Part shown: positions 56,777 through 64,000 of the stretch, one piece after another
Layout of the letters: each line of letters begins with the position of its first letter
Numbering within the stretch: position 1 is the stretch's first letter
Origin: an uncultured Verrucomicrobiae bacterium
GTDB lineage: Bacteria; Verrucomicrobiota; Verrucomicrobiia; Limisphaerales; JAFGQR01
NCBI GenBank assembly: GCA_963788655.1
Contig: CAWBHS010000060.1
Location: 320,001 to 384,000, forward strand
Reading direction: 5' to 3'
DNA: 64,000 nt
Program-made: the position numbers and the translations under genes
Notes under the pieces: model-generated
Told to the model about the DNA's origin: nothing
Database searches by the model: none
The model's input: the letters and a program-made list of their open reading frames with translations, nothing else

Positions 56777-56999
56777 TTAGAGTTCGGACGGGGCGCGCGG
56801 CGCGGAGAACGGTTCGTTGTGATTTGCGTCCATACACTCGCGCATACGCACGGCAGAATGGGCAAGCGTTGCTCTCGACACGATTCACCAGCCAATAGGC
56901 GAGTCCCGCTTGCCGTTTTCGAGCGTGCCGGCAAACGGGACAATTCCGACAAACACTGGCCAGGGCCAGGTCCGATTTGGAAGGAGGATTGGTTTTCAC
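56777..56999 (-). CDS. Small Cys-rich protein (CxxCxxC...CxxC); an apparent extra base at ~56818 fuses it to the methyltransferase frame
   Basis: VCRNCPVCRHARKRQ...ACPFCRAYARVYGRKS; removing one A gives ...RKSHEPFSAPRAPSEL*. Confidence 0.6.
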
Positions 57000-57011
57000 C
57001 GTTCGTGACTT

Positions 57012-58313
57012 TCAAGGGAGCGTTTTCAATTTGCGGAACAACGTACTGGCGCTGATGCCCAATTCACGAGCGGCCCGCGTGCGATTGCCATCGTGACGGC
57101 GCAAGGCGTCGGTAAGCAACAGCTTTTCCATCGCCTGTAAGGTCATGCCCGGCCGCCAGGCCAACCGTGCGGAACCCGGCCCACACAACAAATGCGGCGG
57201 CAGGTGCGAGCGTTCGATCAAGCCGCCCCGGCACAAAACAAAAGCGTGTTCGATGATGTTTTCCAATTCGCGCACGTTGCCGGGATAGTCATGATTCATC
57301 AGGCAGGCCAGCACTTCGTCGGACACGCCGGCAATGTCTTTGCCCTTGAGCCGATTGAACCGCGCGATAAAAAAATCGAGCAACAACGGAATGTCCTCGC
57401 GCCGGTCGCACAACGCGGGCAATTCCAACCGCACGACATGAATCCGGTAAAACAAATCCTCGCGAAACGCGCCCTTCTCGACTTGCTGGCGCAAAGGCTT
57501 GTTGGTCGCCGCGAGGAGACGCACGTCCGTTTTCACCGGTTCAACACTGCCGAGCGGTTCATACACCCGCTCTTGGAGCACGCGCAACAACCGCGACTGC
57601 ATGGCGGGCGAAATGTCCGCAATCTCATCTAAAAACAGTGTTCCTCGATGCGCGAGGGCAAAGCGTCCGGGCTTGTCCCGCCGGGCATCCGTAAAGGCGC
57701 CGGCTTTGTAACCAAACAGCTCGGATTCCAACAGCGTGTCGGGTAGCGCCCCGCAGTTCACCGCCACAAACCGTCTTTCCCGCCGGTGCGACAGCGTATG
57801 AATGGCGCGGGCGAACAATTCCTTGCCCGTGCCGCTGGCGCCTTCGATGAGCACCGTCCTGTCACTTTCGGCAATGGGCGGCAGGAGATCAAAGATTGCC
57901 CGCATGCCCGCACTGCGCCCGATGATGTCGGCAAAGGAATCCTGTTGCTGCACCGCTCGCTGTAATTCGTCCACCAACCGCAAATCGCGAAAGCTTTCCA
58001 CGCCGCCCAACACCCGTCCGCGCGGACCTTTCAGAACTGCGGTGGAGATGCTGATAGGTATCTTCTGGCCCCGCGCATTAACGATGTACACCACTTGGTT
58101 CATGACGGGCCGGCCAGTCGCGAGCGTTTGCTTCAACGCGCAGGCATGCTCACAGATGCTGGCGCGAAACACCTCACAACATCGGTGGCCGATCGCTTCC
58201 CCGCGCTGAATGCCGGTGATTTGTTCGGCCGCGCGATTGAAAGCGGTAATGCGCCAGTCGGAGTCCACCGTAAAGACTCCGTCCGGCACATAATCCAGCA
58301 GGTTATCGAACAT
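57012..58313 (-). CDS. PAS-AAA+-Fis sigma-54 enhancer-binding protein (OrpR-like)
   Basis: PAS with C-X8-C-X3-C (CCEVFRASICEHAC); GASGTGKE, ESELFG, GAFTDA, LFLDEI, FREDLFYR, PGNVRELEN; HTH AARELGIS. Confidence 0.93.
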   Translation of the reverse strand: MFDNLLDYVPDGVFTVDSDWRITAFNRAAEQITGIQRGEAIGHRCCEVFRASICEHACALKQTLATGRPVMNQVVYIVNARGQKIPISISTAVLKGPRGRVLGGVESFRDLRLVDELQRAVQQQDSFADIIGRSAGMRAIFDLLPPIAESDRTVLIEGASGTGKELFARAIHTLSHRRERRFVAVNCGALPDTLLESELFGYKAGAFTDARRDKPGRFALAHRGTLFLDEIADISPAMQSRLLRVLQERVYEPLGSVEPVKTDVRLLAATNKPLRQQVEKGAFREDLFYRIHVVRLELPALCDRREDIPLLLDFFIARFNRLKGKDIAGVSDEVLACLMNHDYPGNVRELENIIEHAFVLCRGGLIERSHLPPHLLCGPGSARLAWRPGMTLQAMEKLLLTDALRRHDGNRTRAARELGISASTLFRKLKTLP

Positions 58314-58391
58314 AGCTGGCAACCTAGCAAAATCCGATTCGGCGAACCAGCGAGATTCCGGTGCGATTGCCCAGACTCCCGATTCGGTAGC

Positions 58392-58432
58392 GCAAATTGA
58401 AACGGTTCGCCCGGCCAGCTATCGCAAGATGC
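58392..58432. promoter_or_regulatory. Putative enhancer (UAS), copy 2
   Basis: GCAAATTGAAACGG-N13-CTATCGCAAGATG. Confidence 0.65.
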
Positions 58433-58558
58433 CATGGTGAACTGGTTCCGGCATCGTTTCCCAAAAGAGGGCGACAGAGAATTCAGAAACCAATTACCGA
58501 GCGCACGCCAACACTTCTGCGGCGTGCGACGAGGCTTGAGCCGCAGGCGTTCCGTCAC

Positions 58559-58574
58559 TGGCGTGCGTCTTGCT
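58559..58574 (+). promoter_or_regulatory. Sigma-54 -24/-12 promoter of the NifB/NifX gene
   Basis: TGGCGTGCGTCTTGCT: GG-N10-GC. Confidence 0.85.
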
Positions 58575-58683
58575 CAAGACCAAGCGTGGTCCATGAAATT
58601 AAGCTGCAACGACTCAAAGCGTGACAGCGTGGAAAGACGTTTTCACTGCGCGCACGTTGGCGGGCAGGGATCAGATTAACACG

Positions 58684-59094
58684 ATGAGAATTTGCATACC
58701 AACCATTGAAGACAACGGGCTGAACAGCCTTCCCTACGACCATTTTGGTTCGGCCCGATGTTTTATCCTGCACGACACCGAAACCGACAAGACGCAAGTC
58801 CTACAAAACCAAAACGAACATCACGAACACGGCGCATGTCATCCGTTGTCAGCTTTGGAAGGACAACAGGTGGACGCCATTTTGGTGGGGGGAATTGGCG
58901 CGCGAGCTCTTGCCAAGCTGCGCGCCGCGGGCATACGAATCTTCCAGGCCACCGCGGGAACCGTGCGGGAAAATGTCGAAGCCTTCCAACGAGGCCAATT
59001 GAATGAGTTCACCCCTGAAACCGCTTGTCGCGGACATGCGCACGGGCATGGGCATGGGCACGGACATGAGCACGGGCACGAGCAGGGATTTTGA
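58684..59094 (+). CDS. NifB/NifX-family protein with His-rich tail
   Basis: DHFGSARCF, HGAC, VDAILVGGIGARA, AGIRIF, GTVRE; tail CRGHAHGHGHGHGHEHGHE. Confidence 0.9.
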   Translation: MRICIPTIEDNGLNSLPYDHFGSARCFILHDTETDKTQVLQNQNEHHEHGACHPLSALEGQQVDAILVGGIGARALAKLRAAGIRIFQATAGTVRENVEAFQRGQLNEFTPETACRGHAHGHGHGHGHEHGHEQGF

Positions 59095-59263
59095 ACCTGG
59101 TGTCCGGCAATCCAAGCAACCATACGAGCAGCCCGCCAGGTTTGGCAGTGCGGCAGCCCAGCCGCAGACCGATTGCTAATGCGTCGCGAACACCGGAATA
59201 ACGATCATAAAATTCTTTGACCTGGCTTTCCAATTGGCGCCAAATCAGAAGGTGAAACTCGAT

Positions 59264-60538
59264 ATGATTACGACCTCTTCCCAAGCTGATCTCCGTCCCG
59301 GCTGGCCCTGGCGCCACCCTGGGGCAACCCTCACCCTGACACTGGCCGCCTTGCTCCTCCTCGCTCCTCCTTCCGCCACTCGTGCGGCAGAAAGCCGCGG
59401 ACGTTCCGGGCAACGAACGGAGGCGGTAAAACATTTGTGCGAACGGCTCGGTATTGGCAAAGGCAAGGTCGTCGCCGACATCGGCTGTGGTCGCGGCGGG
59501 GACACCATGACCTTCGCGGAGATCGTCGGACCACAAGGGACCGTGCTGGCCGAAGAAATCAGCAAGGACAATCTGGAGACGGTGTTGAATGTTTCCCAGG
59601 AGCGCCATCTCGGCCAGGTGGTGCCGATCCTGGGGCACACTGAAGATCCGCGGCTGCCCAATGGATTGGCCGACTTGGAATACATGCACTTCGTCTTTCA
59701 TCATTTCGCCGAACCTCGCCAGATGCTCGAACACCTATGGTACGACCTGAAACCCGGCGGCGCCATGGTGATCATTGACCAGAAGAAAGGTCCGCTGCGC
59801 GATTGGGTCGAAACTGAGGAACGGGAAAGTCATCATCATTGGACCGGTGAGACGACCGTGGTGCGCCTGGCCCGCGAAGCCGGTTTCCGGTTTGACGGCG
59901 TGGCGGAGGACGGGTGGTTTGAAACAGATCCGTTTGTGCTGGTTTTCCGCAAACCCAACGACCTGGCCCAACCGGCCGGCGATCCTGATTTGCCGTTGCC
60001 GTTGGACGCTGCCGCGTGCGTGGACGCTTTGCCGCTGCCGGCGGTGGACCCGGCGCGCATTGCGTTCATCGGCCTGGATCGTGGCCGGGCTTTGCTGCCG
60101 GTTTTGCAGAACCGCCAAAAGCCTGCGGTCCGGATCACCGAGGTCGTCCTGGAAGAATGGGCGATCACGAAAGAGGAAATCCTCCAAGCCGATGCGGGCG
60201 CAGTCCAGCAAGTGTTGCGCACCGTCAACGGGGATCTGCCCACGCTCACCAACCGGACCTTCAATGCGGTGATCTTTGCCGATGCCTACGATCGGCTCTG
60301 GGAACCAGACAAACTCCTCGCACGGCTGCGTCAGGCACTGGTGCCGGATGGTTTCGTAGCGGTGATTGACCGCACCGGACCAGCGGATGAGTCGCGCCGT
60401 TTGGCCGGACACCATCGGCGGATTTCACCGAAGCAGGTCCGGGACGACATGAAGGAAGCGGGCTTCAAGGAAGTGCAGGAATTGAAACCGCCGGCCAAGG
60501 ATCGCTGCTTCCTGATCTTCCGTGACCGTGACACCTGA
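59264..60538 (+). CDS. Tandem class I methyltransferase-fold protein with signal peptide
   Basis: LTLTLAALLLLAPPSATRA; VADIGCGRG...FHHF...LKPGGAMVIID; second copy ...YDRL..P..LL..L..ALVPDGFVAVID with degenerate motif I. Confidence 0.8.
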   Translation: MITTSSQADLRPGWPWRHPGATLTLTLAALLLLAPPSATRAAESRGRSGQRTEAVKHLCERLGIGKGKVVADIGCGRGGDTMTFAEIVGPQGTVLAEEISKDNLETVLNVSQERHLGQVVPILGHTEDPRLPNGLADLEYMHFVFHHFAEPRQMLEHLWYDLKPGGAMVIIDQKKGPLRDWVETEERESHHHWTGETTVVRLAREAGFRFDGVAEDGWFETDPFVLVFRKPNDLAQPAGDPDLPLPLDAAACVDALPLPAVDPARIAFIGLDRGRALLPVLQNRQKPAVRITEVVLEEWAITKEEILQADAGAVQQVLRTVNGDLPTLTNRTFNAVIFADAYDRLWEPDKLLARLRQALVPDGFVAVIDRTGPADESRRLAGHHRRISPKQVRDDMKEAGFKEVQELKPPAKDRCFLIFRDRDT

Positions 60539-60558
60539 TCTGGTTTTTGAACGATTCA

Positions 60559-61005
60559 ATGAGCGCTTTCCTCAACCCAAGCAGCAGTGAACGGCAACTG
60601 CAATCCCTACGATCCGAAGCGCATCCCTTCTGCCTCGTGTGCAGTCAGGCGAATCCGCTGGGATTGGGCTTGGAATTCGATTTGAATGAAGACGGCAGCG
60701 TCAGCAGCACCTTCCATGGGCATAGCGCCCTCGAAGGCTTTTCCGGATTGCTGCACGGTGGCGTCATTGCCTCGTTGCTGGATGGAGCCATGACCAACTG
60801 CTTGTTCGCCCATGGTCACGCAGCAGTCACGGCAGAGTTGAATGTGCGCTATCATCATCCGGTGGTCATTGGTAATCCAATCACGGTGCGGGCCTGGATT
60901 CAAAAGTCGCACGCCCGCCTCCGGCTCCATCTGCTGGAAGCCGAATTGTCGCAGGACGATCAGGTCAAAGCCCAGGCGCGCGCGAAGTTTATGGACCGCT
61001 CATGA
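60559..61005 (+). CDS. PaaI-family hot-dog thioesterase
   Basis: HPFCLVCSQANPLGLGL, EGFSGLLHGGVIASLLDGAM, VTAELNVRY. Confidence 0.9.
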   Translation: MSAFLNPSSSERQLQSLRSEAHPFCLVCSQANPLGLGLEFDLNEDGSVSSTFHGHSALEGFSGLLHGGVIASLLDGAMTNCLFAHGHAAVTAELNVRYHHPVVIGNPITVRAWIQKSHARLRLHLLEAELSQDDQVKAQARAKFMDRS

Positions 61006-61068
61006 GCGCCGCCATTTCGGTAACGGTACTGATCGAGGACACGGCCAATCAACGTGGCCTCCAAGCGG
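61002..61068 (+). pseudogene. 5' stub of an MBL-fold hydrolase
   Basis: ATGA overlap with the thioesterase; MSAAISVTVLIEDTANQRGLQA resembles the ITVLVEN..GL.AEHGLS start, then similarity stops. Confidence 0.45.
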
Positions 61069-61115
61069 GGCAGGTGGGAAACCTGATTCACGAAGCGCCG
61101 CGTGAACTGTCGATC

Positions 61116-63449
61116 TCAACTGAACGGAAGGACGAAGTAGAATTCGCTTCCCTTGCCGGGGTCGCTCTTGAGGTTCATCACGCCTCGGTGCGCGCGAACG
61201 AATTCCCGCGCAATGGATAATCCCAGCCCGGCGCCGCGTTGGGGACTGTCGGGCACGCGAAAGAATTTATCAAAGATCCGCGAGTGATATTCCTGGGGCA
61301 CGCCCGGACCCTGATCCACCACGCTGATCCGAATATTGTGCTCATCTTCCAAGCCGGTCCGCACTTTGACCTCCGCTCCCGGCGGAGAATATTTGATCGC
61401 ATTGGTCAAGAGATTGGTCAGCACGTGAATCATCCGCTCGCGGTCCACTTTGAGCGGCGGCAACTCTGATTGCATATCCGTGTGAATCTTCACCCCGGCG
61501 ACTTCGGCCTGGGCCTGAACTTCTGCCAACGCTGCATGCACCAATTGTTCAACGGGCGTTATTTCCGGAGCGATGCCGACCGCGTCATTCTCAAAACGCG
61601 TCAGGTCGAGCAAGGTATTCAAGGTGCGCAATAATCGCTCCGTTTCATCGCGGGCAATCATCATCATCTCCAGTTGCGAGCTGTTCAGCGAGCCAATCCG
61701 TTGTTCCAGTAATAGCAACAAGGCCGTGCGCAGACTGGTAATCGGCGTTTTGAGCTCATGGCTGACCGTCGAGATCAAGTTGGTCTTCACTTCGTCCAGC
61801 AGCCGAAACTCGGTCACGTCCTGCAATGTTACGACCGCCCCAAAAACCTGTTGCTCCGGCGTACGCATAGCGACAATTCGGCTGAGGTAAAAGCGGTCTT
61901 CCTGGCCGATCTCAAATCGATGCACCGTTTTGAAACCGGTCGGCAGATGATGCTCGCCGGTCTGCAACACCTGGTTCAACTCCCGTTGAATGGGTGCCGG
62001 CAAAGTATGCTCGAATTCCACGACTCGGGCAAACCGTCGGGCGGCTGGATTTTGGAAATCAATCTGACCGTCGATGCGCGTGACAAAGACCACGTCGGGG
62101 ATGGCCTCCAGAATGGAATACAAGGTATCGTTAATCTGCACATGCCGCGCTTCGGCCCGTTTCTGATCCGCGATGTTGGTGCTGGTGCCATACCAACGGA
62201 CCACGCGTCCTTGCGCATTGCGCACCGGCACGGCGCGCGATAAAAACCACTGGTAGGCGCCGGTCTTGGCTTCGCGAAACCGACGTTCCATTTGAAAGAC
62301 GCGGCCGGACTTGACCGCTTTGCGCCAGCGATTCAGGCACCGGCGATAATCGTCGGGATGCACCACCGCTTTCCAGGCTTTGATGCCCACCTGTCCCGGC
62401 GGCAAACCCGTGAATTTATACCAGCGTTCATTGAAATAATCGATCTCGCCATCGGGCAGTGCCGTCCAGGCGATCTGGGGCATGGCCTCAGCGAGCCGGC
62501 GGTAGCGGGCTTCGCTTTCCCGTAATGCCGCTTCGGCTTGCTGGCGCCCGGTAATGTCAATGATGGACGCCAGCACGTGAGGACGATTGCCAACCTGCAA
62601 CGGGTTCAATCCGATTTCCAACGGCACTTCGACCCCGTCCTTGCGCCGACCAAACAGCTCGCGGCCCGCGCGCATCGGCCGCACAGACGGTTCCTTGAGA
62701 AAATCGGCGCGCAGCCCTGGATATTTGGCGCCGTAGCGCTCCGGCAGGAGCATTTCCACCGGCTGGCCCATCAATTCCTCACGACCGTAACCGAAAAGTT
62801 TTTCCACCTCCTCATTGACCAAGGTGATCTTTCCGGCATCGTCCACCATCAGCAGGGCGCTGGGCGCCGCGTCCACCACCAGGCGGAACCGCGCTTCACT
62901 TTCGCGTAGTTGCTTCTCCGCGCGGCATCGCACGATAAATTGCCCGATTTGATGACCGATCGTTTCTCCCACGCGCATCAGTTCCGGTTCCGGCTCGCGG
63001 ATTTCCCGGCTGAAGAACTCCATCACGCCCAAAACCTGCTCGGCCAATCGAATGGGGAAAGCGACGGCAGCGTGCAATCCAGCCTGGGCCGCTTCCGAAC
63101 TCCGGACAAAGCCGCGATCCAGTGTCACATCCGCAATCCACTCGGGGTGTCCCCTGGCCCAAACGCGTCCGGGCAGGCCGATGCCGGGTTGGAAACGTCG
63201 TTCCTGCGTTGCGATTTCGAATGCCGGCAGCCGGAACTCGGGCGATTGCCAGCTCACCAGCGAATACAACTCGCCGCGTTCCGCATCCACTGCCCAAAGA
63301 CCTCCGATTAGCCAGCCGGTGTGGCGGCAGATGGCTTCCAGGATTTGGGGCGCGGCCTCTCGCAAGGTGGCTGACTCCGCCAACAACCGGCTGACCGCGT
63401 AGTGCGCCTCCCGACGCCGGGACGAATGGGTTGAATGGGACGTATCCAT
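61116..63449 (-). CDS. Soluble GAF-PAS-PAS-PAS histidine kinase (KinB-like core)
   Basis: GLPGRVW (GAF); PAS/PAC motifs; TVSHELKTPITS (H box), NLLTNAIKYS, DQGPG, IFDKFFRV, GAGLGLSI. Confidence 0.93.
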   Translation of the reverse strand: MDTSHSTHSSRRREAHYAVSRLLAESATLREAAPQILEAICRHTGWLIGGLWAVDAERGELYSLVSWQSPEFRLPAFEIATQERRFQPGIGLPGRVWARGHPEWIADVTLDRGFVRSSEAAQAGLHAAVAFPIRLAEQVLGVMEFFSREIREPEPELMRVGETIGHQIGQFIVRCRAEKQLRESEARFRLVVDAAPSALLMVDDAGKITLVNEEVEKLFGYGREELMGQPVEMLLPERYGAKYPGLRADFLKEPSVRPMRAGRELFGRRKDGVEVPLEIGLNPLQVGNRPHVLASIIDITGRQQAEAALRESEARYRRLAEAMPQIAWTALPDGEIDYFNERWYKFTGLPPGQVGIKAWKAVVHPDDYRRCLNRWRKAVKSGRVFQMERRFREAKTGAYQWFLSRAVPVRNAQGRVVRWYGTSTNIADQKRAEARHVQINDTLYSILEAIPDVVFVTRIDGQIDFQNPAARRFARVVEFEHTLPAPIQRELNQVLQTGEHHLPTGFKTVHRFEIGQEDRFYLSRIVAMRTPEQQVFGAVVTLQDVTEFRLLDEVKTNLISTVSHELKTPITSLRTALLLLLEQRIGSLNSSQLEMMMIARDETERLLRTLNTLLDLTRFENDAVGIAPEITPVEQLVHAALAEVQAQAEVAGVKIHTDMQSELPPLKVDRERMIHVLTNLLTNAIKYSPPGAEVKVRTGLEDEHNIRISVVDQGPGVPQEYHSRIFDKFFRVPDSPQRGAGLGLSIAREFVRAHRGVMNLKSDPGKGSEFYFVLPFS

Positions 63450-63532
63450 AAAATCGTCGGGTTACATACAGGTCTGCCCTCCCATTGCATCTCGCATACC
63501 GAGCGGGAAACGGAGCGATGGCCGGGAGCGGA

Positions 63533-64000
63533 CTACAATCCAAGCTTCTTGCGCTTGCGGTATAGTGTCGCCGGGTCGATGCCCAGCGTCTTGGCCGCGT
63601 CCTCCATCGAGGTGGATCGCGTCAAGACGCGCCGGATATGTTCGACCTCCAATTCCTCGAGGCTCACTTCGGCCCCGACCTGGATTCCCGGGGTGGCTTC
63701 AGCCCCATCCCGCTGGCACAGCTTGTCCGGCAGGTCGCAAGTTTCGATGCTTTCGCCGCCCGCCAAAATCACGGCCCGTTCCACCACATTGCGCAATTCG
63801 CGCAAGTTGCCGGGCCAGCCATAACGTCGCATTGCCTGCTCCGCCGCCGGCGCAAATCCGCGCAGCGGCTTGCCGGATTGGCTGGTGAAAAACTGGAGAT
63901 ACGCGGACGCGATGGCCATCAAGTCCGCCATCCGTTCCCGCAAGGGGGGCAAGGAGACGGCAATGACGTTCAAGCGGTAAAATAGATCCTCGCGGAACCG
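63533..64000 (-). CDS. Sigma-54-dependent regulator (AlgB/NtrC-like), 3' part
   Basis: FREDLFYRLNVI, LPPLRER, WPGNLRELRNVVER, AAKTLGIDPATLYRKRK. Confidence 0.92.
   Translation of the reverse strand, partial: RFREDLFYRLNVIAVSLPPLRERMADLMAIASAYLQFFTSQSGKPLRGFAPAAEQAMRRYGWPGNLRELRNVVERAVILAGGESIETCDLPDKLCQRDGAEATPGIQVGAEVSLEELEVEHIRRVLTRSTSMEDAAKTLGIDPATLYRKRKKLGL

Noticed and set aside
55995..56999. 334-aa zinc-finger/methyltransferase fusion
   Set aside because: Removing one base at ~56818 gives a natural stop at 56777, and the methyltransferase has its own ATG; likely an artefact.
54924..59094. Nitrogen fixation cluster
   Set aside because: Only stand-alone NifB/NifX-family domains; no nifHDK, nifEN or radical-SAM NifB.

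Overview
GC-rich bacterial DNA, most likely Verrucomicrobiota (inferred from a PEP-CTERM protein, H-X9-DG prepilin-like proteins, a C-terminal 'RYYRV' domain and dense REP-like repeats). Many genes, including essential lysS, carry single-base frameshifts, which suggests unpolished long-read sequence, so broken ORFs are not automatically pseudogenes. Left to right: lysS (partial); tricorn S41 protease; TolC/MFP/GAF-HlyD export operon followed by gene debris; a polymorphic-toxin locus (ECF-like sigma, large secreted beta-helix protein, signal peptide + C39 peptidase + RHS toxin, immunity gene, orphan RHS-CT/immunity module); RAYT transposase; a complete group II intron with a non-canonical 5' end inserted in a REP-like hairpin; M20 peptidase, Maf, nucleoside MFS; SPFH/Arc/DUF1648; PadR + HAAS-VIT-vWA-PEP-CTERM; TonB-ExbBD; a tandem duplication (prepilin + beta-propeller) whose second copy has its middle replaced by a caspase-like/PepSY-like gene pair; nadE; sulfatase; an OrpR-like sigma-54 regulon with two -24/-12 promoters and a shared enhancer; and an AlgB/KinB-like two-component pair. 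No rRNA, tRNA or CRISPR array was seen. All family calls come from motif recognition by eye, not database searches.
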